Part shown: positions 38,301 to 51,079 of the stretch, piece by piece | Numbering within the stretch: position 1 is the stretch's first letter | Layout: the number at the start of each line of letters is the position of its first letter | Assembly: GCA_013265495.1 (NCBI GenBank) | Contig: MU058636.1 | Span: 10,019,066 to 10,083,065, forward strand | Direction: 5' to 3' | DNA: 64,000 nt | Source: Vicugna vicugna | Taxonomy: Eukaryota | Translations under genes and position numbers: made by a program | Notes under the pieces: model-generated | Seen by the model: only the letters and a program-made list of their open reading frames with translations | What the model was told of the DNA's origin: nothing | Databases searched by the model: none

Positions 38301-40029
38301 TTCTCATCCCATTGCCTGGGGGGAAAGAATTGCAAGGAGATTCGCTTTAACCAGGAGGAGTCAGGAATGCAGAGCAAGTATTCAGAAGCAGCAGCCAAGT
38401 TGGTAGCTCCTCTTGCTCCTTCCCACCGCATTAGCACACCCTTAGCCAAAACAAAATGGAACCATGGCCAGGTCAACTTCATCCCGATGTTCTCCGGGAC
38501 TATGGATCCCCGCTGTGGTAAGCGCTCGGCCATGTCTCCTGCGTAGCCTGGGCAGGGAGACCATCTCTCAAGACCCTCACGCTTGTCGAGGTTTGGACCC
38601 CCAGTTCTCATTGCCATGTCTGGCCAACCCCAGTCATGCCAGGCAGGTATGTTCAATCCCCAAAGAAATAAAACCCCTGGCAAGTTCCTAAACCGCATTC
38701 TGGAAGCGGCTACTGAGGTTGCGCAAACACATTTGGCACACGCTTCAGGGACCAAGAAGTTCTCTGGGTTGAATCGCAGAAACAAAATGTACTTGTCCTA
38801 CTTCCGAGACCGTGTCTGAGGACTTGGCTCCCTCGGCCGAGGAACTGCCTCCTCGCTGATGTCATCCTGCCACGGGAGGCAAACATCTCTGGGTTCAGCA
38901 GTTCAGGACCAGAAGGAAGGGAAGATAGGGATGGGTGGGGGAGAGGAGGTGGCCCCTGCTTGGCTCTGTCAGGACAAATGCGGGAGAAAAACACACCAGT
39001 TCTCACAACCAAAGAATCTTCAAATAGAAACGTATTGGCCCAGTCTGCGAGGAGGGACCATTTGGCTGAAAAACCCTCAGGCAAGGGTCACTGGTCTGGA
39101 TGTCACCTCCACTAAGTGGGGTTTTATGGATGGCACTCCTGGCGCTGCCCCACATGCCGCCCAGAAGCTCCAGTCCCCGGAGGCCCAGGAGGGTATTTGA
39201 CACCCCAACTGTAGGGATGAAATAATTTCTATGTAGAGCTTATGCCTTGCTTCCGTGTCACTCTGCGTAATATCTCAGACATCCAGTGATGACATCTTCC
39301 CGGCCAGATCCAGGCGGGTCCTGTTGGCCCCGAGCACATTTCTCAACCTCAGGTTATATCTCAGCACACAAAGTACTCAGGCTGCTCTAAGTGCCTCAGA
39401 GGGCCATTCTGGAGAAGCATTTTCTTTTATTAAAAAAAAAATAGAATCATCTCTCCCACATTCATATTTTAATGCAGGATTTTTATTATCAGATAAGACC
39501 CCTCTCATGTGTCAGACTGAGACTTTGTGCTCAGAAGAAAAGCCACCGTGAAATGAGCTCTGGTGGAGATTTGCGTCACAGAGTCTTAGGAAGACAGTGA
39601 CACAGGCAGGCCTTCTGCCGTCCAGGAGCAATCCTGCATCTAGGGGCTCACCCTCGGCTGCCCACTGGAGGCCCTTGAAAGCTTTCTAAAAGTCCCAATA
39701 CCTGAGCCTTTCGTCAAACTAAGTGACTTGGAAACTCTGGGCGATAACCTGGCATCGGTATTTATTAAAGGCTTCTCCGTTGATTCTAATGGGTAGCTGG
39801 GCCTCAGAAATCAAATCCCTTTTTTTTCCCTAGAGGACAATTTTTTGGCCCAGAGAATGCAAGTGCTTTGCCTAAGGTCATACAGATCACTGGGGGCAGA
39901 GCTAGGACCACAGATGAGTTAAACCAATGACTGGGCCAGGCATCCTCTTTAACCCCAGGTAGGCAGAAGACAGTGATTTGGTAGAGGTGTTGCCAGGGGA
40001 GCTGTTTCACATGATGGTTCAGGGTGAGG

Positions 40030-40310
40030 CTGTGAGAACCAGACTCCCTGGGCCTGCCTGTTGGAAGAATTACTTAATTGATTAATCTGATTTCCAGTTC
40101 TGCCACCTTGCCGTGGGATCTTGGCAAACCACTCAGCCTTGAAAACCTCACATCCCGTGGCTACCAAATGGGTGTGGCTGATGTCTGGGGTGGGGGAGGT
40201 AATAGTAATAATACTTTCCTCTTGGAATTGTGAGAGTTTATGAAATGACTGGAAAACGTTTGGCACAGCACGTGGGGTGTAGTAAGTGCCCAATAACGTG
40301 GACTGCTGTC
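40030..40310 (+). mobile_element. MIR SINE
   Basis: ttccagttctgccaccttgccgtgggatcttggcaaaccactcagcc...gtagtaagtgcccaataac. Confidence 0.65.
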
Positions 40311-40769
40311 AGTGTTATCAACATCACGCAGAGGCGCTAGTACTCGTGGAGGGGCTCCAGGATATTAACATCCAAAGTCAGGAGCGTGTCACGTGCAGGA
40401 GATGGGCTGGGGGTTGGCCTCAAGGATGCTCAGCAGTAAACAGGTGGAGACTAAGACACTACAGTCCAAGGAAACATGGCCTTTTTTGACTTCTGAGATG
40501 ATTTATGGGTTCAAATTCCAACCACATTACTTGGAATGAGGTGCCCAGTCCTCCTTCCCTTAGAGGCTCTTTAAATACAGGCAGTCTCTGTGTGCTCATG
40601 TTCAGCAGACAGAGGGGCAGGGAACGAAACCTTTGACTCATCGTCCTTCCAGACAAGGCTGAGTAGGTCAGCAGGGTTTCCCACCCAAGTCCCCAAGTCA
40701 GACCCCACGCTAAAGCACAGGAAAAAATAATGGGGATTAGAAAATCTGCTCTCTTCCCTTCCCCCCAAA

Positions 40770-42010
40770 CTCCTCCTGCTTTCGGCATGTCTGTTATTGA
40801 CACCACTGTTTCTTGGTCACCTGGATTCCAAACTTCATTTTTGTCCTTCCTCTTTACTGTGAAAGGAAGGTCCTCTAACTCCATTCTCCCTCCCCAGGTC
40901 AAGCCCTCATTAACTTTCACCTGAACTATTCTCCTGAACTCTTCGCTCCTGGAGGTGTGAGCTGCAGGCCAGCAGCTTTGACCCTACCTGGGAGCTGGTT
41001 CCAAATGCAGAATCTCAGGTCTTATCCTAGATGTGCAGGGCCAAATCTGCGTTTGAACAAGATCCCCAGTTGATCTGTGTGGAAGCTGAGAAGTGCCAGG
41101 CTGCCTGACACCCTCCTTGCTGGGCGCTGCCTGACCACCTCGCTGAAGTGTCACTTCTGGTCACCCCCAAGCTCCAAACCTTCAGCTCTCCCTACTAACC
41201 ACGGGCTCCATGACTCCTTCATGTGTACACAATTCAGGGCGCTCAGAGTACAAAGCATTTCCACTTAGCATTTTGTCTGTGGTCACATCAAATCTATCAA
41301 CAATTTCATGATAATATTCTAAATAACCCAAATCCAACCATGTGTTTCTGTCTCCCAACAACCACTCTGCCTAAGCCACCACCATTGTTTGTCTAAATTG
41401 CCACCATGATGCCCGGGCTGGGCTCCCCCTTCTATTCTTGTCCTATTACAATTCTTTTCTCATGGAATAAATTGTGCTCTATCCCTTTTTTAAACCAGCC
41501 AGATTTCCCATTGCCCTTGGAATCAAAAACAAACTCTTTCTCTAGACCATGAAGCCCTATATGATCTGTCCTGACAGTACAAAGGAACTTGTCTCCTCCA
41601 TCCCCACTCTGACCCTATCTACACTGTCCCTCCTTCTGATCCTCATATGTGGTCTTACTATTACTACCACTGCCTGGAACTCTAGACCCCAGATCTTCAC
41701 ATTTCTGGCTCGTTTTCATCCATTGCCCACTCCTGCAGGCAGCCTTCCCTAACTGCCACATCTGAAGTATGAAAAATCCAGCTCTTCTACCCTATCTCAT
41801 TGTTCTTTACCCAGCTGTCTGTTCTCCTCCGTTCCCAGTAATTATCACTATCTGAAGGGATCTCATTTCCTTTTGGCTAGTCTCTGCTTGTATTAACTGG
41901 GTCTCTGCACCAACATGTCAACTCATAGAGAACAGAGCCCTGTGTGCCTGGTTCCCTCAGTATCCCTAGGACCTAGGATCTAGGACCTGGGTAAGTGTTT
42001 CTTGTAACAA
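40770..42010 (+). mobile_element. L2 LINE 3' region with an embedded MER5A (~40948-41097)
   Basis: CT-rich L2 body (taagccaccaccatt..; tttcccattgcccttggaatcaaaa); MER5A cctgggagctggttccaaatgcagaatctcagg..aacaagatccccag. Confidence 0.7.
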
Positions 42011-43360
42011 TTGATGACTGGACACCATTTCCTTTATTCTCAACCTCAGCATAATCTAATGACCACTAGTTCAGACATTGACCCACCATCATATTGGGGA
42101 CCCTCCAGTTGCTTAATGATTTGCTGAGATTTAGGTGCAGAAGTAAATTACATCATGATCTCACTCAGATCGTCCCAAGTTCTGTGATTTCCTCAAAACA
42201 TCACATTCTCTTTCATAGCAACTATTAAGCCCAAGATTCAAGGAAGTCCATAATGTGCACCTAATTTATCCGTTCTTGTCTATTATAACATATTTCCCAA
42301 TGTATTCTCTCACATGCAAGCAGATATGTGCTCACTTTTCCCTGAACGTGCCCCACATTCTCCTGATTTCCTGCTTTGCTCATGAAACACTTCCTTTTCT
42401 CCTCCTCTCCCAGCCCATCCTTGCCTGTTGAAATCCTACCTCTCTTTAAAGTTCCAGGGACAGCACTACGCCTCCCCCATGAAGAGTGTAACACCCAGTG
42501 TGCTCTTTCCCCCTCTCGGATTCTGATAGCCCCTCCTTCTTCTTTTTTAACCTTCTTTATGCTACATCGTCATAATCTGCTTTGTGTTACAGCTTTACGG
42601 TGCATCCTTCATTCTCCATCTGCCCCCTCAATAGCAGCTACTCTCTGAAAGGTTCCTGGTCTACCCCAACTCTTTGTCACACCCTTAAGATGATGCCTTA
42701 CACATTTACTTGGATTCACTTGATCCACGTGACTGCATCTAAAGCTCTTTTCTCTTGGAAACATCATGGGAAAGACTTATTGCGTCTCATGTGTGACACA
42801 AATGTGGTCTTAAAGATCTGTGAAGGGACTGAAGAGACTCAAGGAGACAAAAGAAAAAATGACTATCACGGGGCCCTATGAATGAGAACTAGTTCTTAGG
42901 TTTCAGAAGAGGAACAAAGGATTTGGTTACTTCTACACTGCTCCCCTCTCTGAGAAGACTGAAAATAGGATGAAGGAGAAAGAGAAAGAGAGAGAGAACA
43001 ATTGACCTGACTTTCTCCCCACTGACTGCCAACAAATGGAACGTGGAGCATGGGGATTTACTCCACTCTCCGTACACCTGAGGCTTGACCCAGTGTCTGG
43101 CCAAAGGCAGGATGCTGGTGGCTACAAGCCCTGGTCACAACAGATGGGGCAAGTGAGGAACCATGGTAAGGGTCCAAAAGAAGACTGTGCAGAGTGTCCT
43201 GGCGTCACAATATTTCTGGGTTACAGTCCAGTTGAGGTCCCAGATTGATTCTAGAATTTTCTCCAAAAGCCAGTGGCCCACTTTGGTTAAGAACTTACTC
43301 CTTTTCTTCCGATTCCCACCCTAGGGCCCTCTCAGGTTCTCAAGACCACAGGGAAACAAT

Positions 43361-43718
43361 CAGACGGAGGATTACTGTAAAGCTAATAAGAATTAAGATT
43401 TGGGGCCCTTACATGCATAAACTCTGTAGAGCTGGGACTGGCTGGGACTTTTAGGGAGTTCTGAATAGAGACAGAGAGCCAGTTTAGAAGCATTTCTAAG
43501 AAAATATCTCTGGCAAACTGGCTAAAAAGAGCTTGCAAAGAAGGGATCTGAACCTCTAGGCTTCCAGCAATTTGTCATAATTTATTTACTTATTCTAAAT
43601 AAATAATTATATTCATACCTACTTTGTCATTTTGTATTCTTTTTCATTAAAGAGGACCCCCCCCACACACACACACAAAGTATGTAAACTTCAGGCTCCA
43701 CAAACCTGCCTCTGCCCT
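43361..43718. mobile_element. hAT-Tip100-like MITE (ORSL-like)
   Basis: ggattactgtaaagctaat..ggggccc start; tttgtattctttttcattaaagaggacccc..aacttcaggctccacaaacctgcctctgccct end. Confidence 0.6.
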
Positions 43719-44819
43719 TAAAATAGTATCAACCAGAAACCAGAGTGAATCACTTCACTCATTCAGCGTTTGCAGAACACCTACTCATAGAACAGTCAAC
43801 GTCACTGAATGAAAGAATGCCAGGTCCAGGGGCTACAAGAGCAAACAAGACAGGTGTAGATGTGGTCCTGGCATTTGAGATCTTGTGGAGCTATCAGGAC
43901 ATTGGGGAGTTCAGGCCAGATTCACATCCCCTGGAAGCACCACACTGAGGGTAAATCTCCCAGTTCAGCTCTAGAAAGAGTCGGTGAACATCTACTCATC
44001 CTATTTTAAATGTGTTCACTTTGTCACAGAAGATGCAGGCGTTGGTCTCCATGCTGATCCTCAACTAAGTCAAAAATCAAACCCAGTCAACTGCCCTCCC
44101 CAAATCCAAACCAGCATTTGTGCTCACTCACCCCATCAGCCCTACCAAAAATGAGACAGACTGGACCAGGCAGTTTGAAAGGCATGGCAGCCATCCAAGC
44201 CACCTTAGGAGACCCACCCATCACTCAGCGGGAAGAGGTGACTGTTCTTAGCTGCAGAGGCTCGTCCATCTCCTTAAAATAAATAAATAAATATAGCATC
44301 TGTCTTGGCTTCATCATAAAACTCAATGGTCTGTAGAATAAGGATTGAATGGGATGGAAGGGATAAAATATTGTGTCAAAATCACAAAAATAACAAGGCC
44401 AAGGCAGATGGGGTATTCACTCATTTAATCATTTGGCAAAGATTTATTGAGCATCTACAATGTGCTAGAGGACACACCCTTGAACAAAACAGAATCCCTG
44501 TCCTCTTGGAGCTGACACTGCAGCAGAACAAAAAGTGAGCTATGAGATAAGAGAGAGGGAGAGAGAACACAGGATAAGGAAGATCTGGACAACTGCGGTG
44601 AGGAGGGGAGTGTTTCCCCGAGAAGAGCCACTTTGCTGGCTGTGCCCTGATATACATCAGTAGGGCCACAGCAAGGGCTGGGACTTGTGCTTCTGAACCG
44701 CAGCAGGCGTACCCCCAGCAGAAAAGGACTGCTTAGCGCACACCACACATGTCAGTACCATGGCTTACTCAACTATACAAGAAACAAATATTTTTCAAAA
44801 TGCAATCTTTCCAGCCAGA

Positions 44820-45130
44820 GAAAAGATTTCACTGAATGTCATTTAAAATAGATTTTCATTTCATGTCATTTAACTGACTTAAAAAACACTGGCCATAAAT
44901 TCCATATAATAGGCGGTTCCACTGGGGAGGACTGGTGGGGCAACTGTCAATTAGGTGTTGCATAAAAGGATGCAAATGTCTCATAAAAGTGATGGAAGAG
45001 CATATTATTGCATTAACCGTGTCATTCTTACCACACTGTTACACACCATAGGATAACAACCGACATGTTTAAAAGGTGGAAATCATTCTGAATGTGCATT
45101 TAAACTGTGTGTAAATGCAAACTGTCCTGA
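44820..45130. promoter_or_regulatory. Homeodomain-motif cluster, enhancer candidate
   Basis: Unique sequence with CCATAAA (44893), GCATAAAA (44960), CTCATAAAA (44980), four TGTCA (44837, 44864, 44945, 45020) and octamer ATGCAAAT (44970). Confidence 0.45.
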
Positions 45131-45824
45131 ATCAGTTCTTAACATCTTTGTCAGCCACTTTCAAATCCTCCAGTGCTGGGGAAAATCATTAATAGGTGAG
45201 ATATCAGATAGAATAGGTTATGGGCCCCAGCCAAGACGTTTGCCAGCGTGTGATGCTCTACAGTCGCGCCTTTGAGAGCTGGGTTGTCAAGTCTATAAAA
45301 ATATAAACCTGATTTATCCCATGCATAAAATCTTCTAAGGGTGCCATGCTTCAACCTCCAATTTTTTTTTCACCCCAGCTTCTAAGGTAAAGGATTTCAA
45401 AATGTCAGCAGAACACTGACAGGAGAGCAAGTGAAATTCGAGGCAGATGTGGGAGAGCAGGGAGCAGACCTGCCTCCGTGGAAGGCATCAGTCTCCAACG
45501 ACAAGGACACGGGATGGGATATACTCAATAATTCACTCGAAATAATCAACAGCCAAGGAGTCAGGAGCAAAACTGACAGTCTCTGATTTTAATGTGAGTC
45601 TTTGAGTCATAAAGGAGGAAATTGGTCAATAAACACACTTTCACTTGTGCCCCCACCACGTGTATGGCTGGAGCTCCTGGTGGAGGTAACAGCTGCAGAA
45701 ACTGTACCTGATCCAAAAGAAGTGGCTTTGTTGGAAGAGGAAGTGGAGTCTCATGACACCATCAAGAAGAAATAGAGGTCTGAGGATATTCTCAATCCTG
45801 AGGTAGAGGTTTGTATGTGGGCAA

Positions 45825-45849
45825 ACACACACACACACACACACACACA
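45825..45849. repeat. (CA)n microsatellite
   Basis: About 12 CA units. Confidence 0.9.
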
Positions 45850-45854
45850 AAGAA

Positions 45855-46240
45855 TAGGGCTATAGCAGTAAAAAAATGGACAAAAATTCCTGCTTTATGG
45901 GTGGAGATGAATAAATATATAAAACAAACAAACAAACAAACCAATAAGCAAAACATAGCACGGCAGATAATGGGTGCTATGAGGAAAACTAAAGCAGGGA
46001 ATGGGACTAGGGAGTCCCGGGTGGGGGGTTGTGGATTTCAGGGGGTTGTCAGAAGCCTCACTGAGAAGGTGGCATCTAGGCAGAGACCTGAAGGAACTAG
46101 GAGCATGAGCCTCGGTGATATCTGCGGAAAGAGCTGAAGGAACAGCAGGTGCCACAGCGGGAGGTGAGAGTATATTGGGCAGGATTGATTGAGATGCAGC
46201 CAGAGAGCGGATGTGGCTGGAGCAGGAAGGCAGCAGGTGA
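45855..46240 (-). mobile_element. L2a-like 3' region
   Basis: gtgctatgaggaaaactaaagcaggg; gaagcctcactgagaaggtggcatct..gcagagacctgaagga. Confidence 0.8.
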
Positions 46241-46329
46241 GAACGAATGTATAGGTGTTGCTTTATGCCACTGAGTTTGTGGTAACTGGTTACACTGCAA
46301 TAGACAAGTGACGTGAGGGGTACTGGCAA

Positions 46330-47200
46330 TTTCTAGATACGATCAAAGCTTAGGTTGGATGGAGAACAATACATTGGAGAAACTAAGATGGTAGAGCACT
46401 GAGAGTATCTTCTTCTATTTGAAATCCTCTATACCAATGAAAGGACTAGTGTGGAGAAAGGGTCCATGAACTAGGAGCTAAAATTGTCAAAGAATGATGG
46501 GGAGTGACCTGGGAGGTAGGGTCTTTGGGTGACTGCAACCAGGAGGGATGGGAGTGGAATATACTGATGGCATAAAACACAGAGTTGGGGGTGGAGGGAT
46601 AGGAAGAAAGACGAGAATGGTCCAGAACAGCAATGTGGACCAAGAAGGACATCACCTTCCCCAAGAAGGACGACCATGAGAAGGAAGACAACCATGACAT
46701 GAGGGGAAATACTGACTTCAGCAGAGTCAAGTTTCAGGTAGAGCAAGAAGGTGAGAGAATTCAAAGAAGTGGTGGAGATGTGGGAGGTCTTCCTAATGAC
46801 AGATCCAGACCCCTCAAGGGCACAGTGAAGACTCTAGAAGTGGTGGAGGGATAGGAGTTGCAGTGAGAAGAAGGGATGAGAGATCATGGGGGGATGAGCA
46901 TCAAACTCTCTTCTTCCAGTGGTGACAGAAATAAAGATAATAAAAGGCATATGTCTTGATGATGATCTCAAGGTAGGTAATGGCAGCCAACCTTTGAGTA
47001 TTGGAAAGAAGAACCGATATCTTTCTAAAGAATAGGGACCACAAGGCTCTTTCTTCCTGATGATGGTGTGGAAGCTGAGTGGAGGCAGAGCACTCAGAGC
47101 ACCGGAGAGCCTTCTCCACTCTGGGGATGGACGTAGGTGTGAGGTTACGCAGAATGTACACCGTAGGACCTGCACACTCACAAAAAGCAGGTTGCAAATT
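46330..47200 (-). mobile_element. L2 ORF2 endonuclease-region remnant
   Basis: Minus strand of 46724-46750 reads LLALPET*L (APE motif LALTETWL); the end of ORF 46471-46764 reads PLPSLLVAVTQRP..PGHSPSFFDNFSS (cf. L2 LLVAVIYRPPGHSPSFLEDFSS). Confidence 0.8.
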
Positions 47201-48149
47201 TGGTTTTGAGCTTTCTGTCATCCAAGCAAAGAGGGAAGCGTAACTTTTAAAGTACTCCCAGAATCCACATGATAATAGCAGAAAACCCGACTAGAGCACC
47301 TCATCCTAAGAACTAAGAAAAGTTCTCCTCTTTGTCTTCTAAAAGGACAAGGAGTGATGGAGTGAGCACTATCTCAGCAACATTATAGACATAAATACAG
47401 CAGTGAATTCCACATGACTGTTTTTCAAATGTTCTTCAATTTAGAGTGATGATATGATGCTTCAGGAACAAGGCTATTTAAATCTTTAAACCAAGGACAG
47501 ATGTATTGAAGGGGATACATTGCACACCATGTAACAATCCTTCATAGATATCATCTCTCTCATTTGCATTTTTATAAGTTTTGAGCAGAAGTGAGTTTGA
47601 GGTTGTATGTGACAACGAATCCCTGCAGTGGAGCTCTTCTATATTGAAAGTCAGGGGCACAACTATTTTAACAGATGACCTCTTAGGAAAGTTGGGGAGC
47701 CCACCAAAAAATGTACACCTAATTTCCAAATGCAGCTGGACCAAGAGGGATCCTAACCTTCTTCAGAGTAGATCTGTCCTTTCACACAAATACACGGGCA
47801 ATTGAAGCCATATGGCATACAACATGGACATAGTAATTTTAAGTTAAATAAATGTTTTAATCACATGTTACAAAACACCCACTCTAGCTAGAAAATAACA
47901 TTAAGCACCCATTTAACCTTGAGTGATATAACTTCCTGGTAAAACTTACATTAAAAAAAAATGAGTTGCAAATGACATGTCAAGGGAGCTAAATGAGTTT
48001 GTTTTTGTATAGAGTTGTTGTTCAACGTAAGCCATTGAGAAATATCTATGCAAAAATAATAACCAGTTTTTAAATAGTCAATATAAAACCACTCTTTGGG
48101 GAAATAGTTAAATGGCAGGGTCGGTTGCCCTGATGTCTACCTTGACTTA

Positions 48150-48975
48150 TGGAAATAAAGATGGTGGAATTGTGTTTCAGGGGATGTGGCCATTCCCGAC
48201 GCCCATCACAAAATAGCCCCGGGAAGATACATGGTGGTGGTTGAGACACTCCAAGGGTTTGGGCATCTGCCAAAAGGGACATTCTGCTGAGAACAGATCA
48301 TCAGCCAGTTCCAGACTTGCTTTCGTGACAGTTTTATCTCTGAGCCAATAAAGAAGCAACAAAAGGCTAGGTTCTTCAAACCCAACTGAGACAAAGTAAG
48401 AGGTCTTCAAGGGTGAACTGAAAGCTCTGGTCACCTCGAGGAGAAGCAAATATGTCATCTTAGAAGTTCTGACGAGCAGGAAGGCAAGTCTGGTCACAGG
48501 TAGGCATGGGTTCTGAACCTGAGACACTCCATAGAAAGGCCTCAAATGCTTCCACGGCCTGAGACGCTGCAGACAGCTGAGGAGGGAAGGCAGGCGAATC
48601 CAGCGGAGAAGCAGTCCCCGTGGACCTCCTGTGTTCCTGTGCTTGCTGCACGTGACCTTGTTTCATGCTCACAGCACACCTACGAGGGGTCTCATCAGCA
48701 CCGCATTTTCAGAGGAGGGAGAGAAGCCATCCCGGTTAGAAGTCACAGAGCTGCAAGGGCCGTGCCAGGGTCGAGACCGTGGGCAGGCCGACTCCTACCT
48801 CGACCCTCTTTCTGCCACACCTTCTCAGAAAGCCCATCCTGTCTGCACAACAGAAGAGCACCCGAGACGAGGGTCCAGGGGCAATCACTGAAGAAGTGGG
48901 TGTATCTATGCAGGGAGCTGTCCAAACAGCTGACACGTCTTTAAGACCTGCTCAAAAAAATGGGGAGAGAGCACA
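48150..48975 (+). mobile_element. L3/CR1 ORF2 endonuclease-region remnant
   Basis: FQTCFRDSFISE (48309-48344), YVILEV (48451-) and KKWVYLCRELSKQL (48891-48932) resemble CR1 FLTCLADNFISQ, DHVILEF and KPMWLHRELSDEL. Confidence 0.65.
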
Positions 48976-50174
48976 AAACTAGCGAGGGGGGACATACTCT
49001 GGAGAGTCAAGCAAGCTCCACCTTCGCTGAGACCAAAGGTGCCCAGGTCAACGGCGGGAGGACCGCTCCACCTCAGCAGAACATGATGAACGAGGAAACA
49101 GACTGACTTCTCGAGCCCAGGGATACATTCTTCTGTCTCTGGTGAAGCCCAGAGCTGTTTTTTTCTGCCCAAAGCTTTTAGCATTAGAACAGCCTTTATT
49201 CTGGCTACATTCCAGCCTGGTAGAGTTTGTTTCTTACGGCATTATTATTTTCAACAACAACTGTTTAAACTGTATTCCTGGTTCTCTGGCAGCTTTAATC
49301 TGTGTATCTGGGGTACAGAGATTGGGGGGGGTGTATTTGCCATGGAAATGCCTGTTTTTGTAAATTGCTACTAAGGCGAGAAGAACACAGATGAGAAATA
49401 TTACCGGTCCCTGAGGAACAGAAGTCACATTACTTTTTTCTGATACTTTGAGAGAAGTTGAGGGTTTGGCTTTCTTCTCCACCTGTTGTCTGCATGCAAA
49501 GCTGGGTGCTTGATATCGGTGCTTCAATTTTGTTTTGTTTTGTTTTGATCCCCCTGAGAGATTCAAAGGATCGTAGAAAAAGGGTCATTGTAATTCGGCA
49601 GTTAGTATGTCTGCTGCTTCCCTCTTCTCCTGACCAAAAATGCAAGGTCATTCTGTCCTGTGAAAGTCATTTTCTGCCGACATCTTCCACATTAATTTGC
49701 TGGCATTACAATCCAGAGGCGAGGAAGAGCAGAATGTCAAAAGTTCCAGCAGGTTTTGTGCACGAAACAGTAGGAAAAAGTGAGCGAAAGAGGCCTTGCA
49801 GGCAATTGCCCTTCTTTGATCCAAAAAGAGCATTCCTTCAGTTTTTATGTATGAAAACAACAAAAAGGAATCGTTGAAAGGCACGAGCTTCTAAAAGACA
49901 TCTCGCTGGAAATCAGTCCTCTAAAATACCCCATTCACCTTGTCACTGCTCTGCTCTCAAACCTTCCCCACGTCCCCTCCCCCTCGGGACCATGTCTGAA
50001 TCCTCAGTCTGGCTTTCAAGGTCCTCCACACTTAGTATTCCACCTGCTTTCTTAGCTTCTTTCTCATCCTCCTTTACAAGCCCATCCATCTGCTCAAACC
50101 GGTTTGTCTGAAAAAAGTTAACCTTTCTGCTTTCAACAGTTTTCTGGCTTAAAATCAGCATCAGCTTCGTGCCT

Positions 50175-50740
50175 GTGACCAGGGCTTTCGCACAGTGCCC
50201 ACCTTCAGAACGGCTTGCCCTTGAGGTTCCATGCTCTGTGGCTGCTGTCTTGAGATGCTTAATAAATGTGCCCTTGAAGTTGTGTTAAGTCCGAGGGACA
50301 ATGGAGCAGGTGCCAGAGCCTGGAGCCTCATTCCCAAATAACCTACCTCCCACTGTCTTCCCCCTACAGATCTGGATTCTCAGTCCCACCTCACCGCCTC
50401 CTCTATCCCCACCCCACAGCCACTGCCCCCCTCACCCTCAGCGGGAGCCTGGGCACAGATGCAGGGAAAGTTAGGGGTGGGCATGCACCCCACAGCATCT
50501 TGGGGAACAGCAGAGTGGAGGCCCCCTGCTCTGGCCTCACAGGTACTATAGCACGTCCATCCTCTCACCCACCTTTGATCCGGGCAGGAAAACATCCTGG
50601 AGAGGAGGCTGCAATGCCCTGAGGGCTGCCCGCTGCTGTGGACTGGGGCAGCCGGCCTGCGTGAGGAAAACAGACTTGCCTATCCTGTGCTGAGGCCCCG
50701 CCTTTTCACTGCGCACTGGGCCATGCAAATTCCGCAGCCT
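50175..50740. mobile_element. hAT-Tip100 element (MER91/MER115/Zaphod-like)
   Basis: atgctctgtggctgctgtcttgagatgcttaataa near the left end; ggccccgccttttcactgcgcactgggccatgcaaatt near the right end. Confidence 0.65.
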
Positions 50741-51079
50741 GAATGTCAGCTCCCTTGCCTTTTGGTACCTGGGAGCCTAGGTCTGAATTCTTCCCATGTA
50801 GTCCACAGAGGCGAGGGTTTTGTCTGTTTCCCTCAGGAACTGAAGCCTTGCCCTTGGCCACAGCACCCTTGGCAGCAGGAACCTGTGCAGACATACCATT
50901 TGCCAAAAGAACAACTGTTAGACCCCCTCCCTCCCTGGCAGAACCTTCTCTCTCACTGGTGTCCACCCCTAGGGATCACCCTGCCCAGAGCAGCAGGTCT
51001 GGGGCCAGGCCCAGCTCTTCATGACCATCTCATCTTGCTCCCAGCTCTTTGCTCGACAGTGTCTCTTTTATCTCCCACC

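Noticed and set aside
38186..38785. Longest ORF (199 aa, minus strand)
   Set aside because: Runs through a (CA)n microsatellite (THTHTH); no recognisable domain or exon structure.
40322..40342. CTCF-like motif CACGCAGAGGCGCTAG (similar one near 35265-35282)
   Set aside because: One base short in the core GGG relative to the CTCF consensus; not supportable without ChIP data.
44902..44913. CArG (SRF) box
   Set aside because: CCATATAATAGG has 8 A/T bases between CC and GG, not 6.
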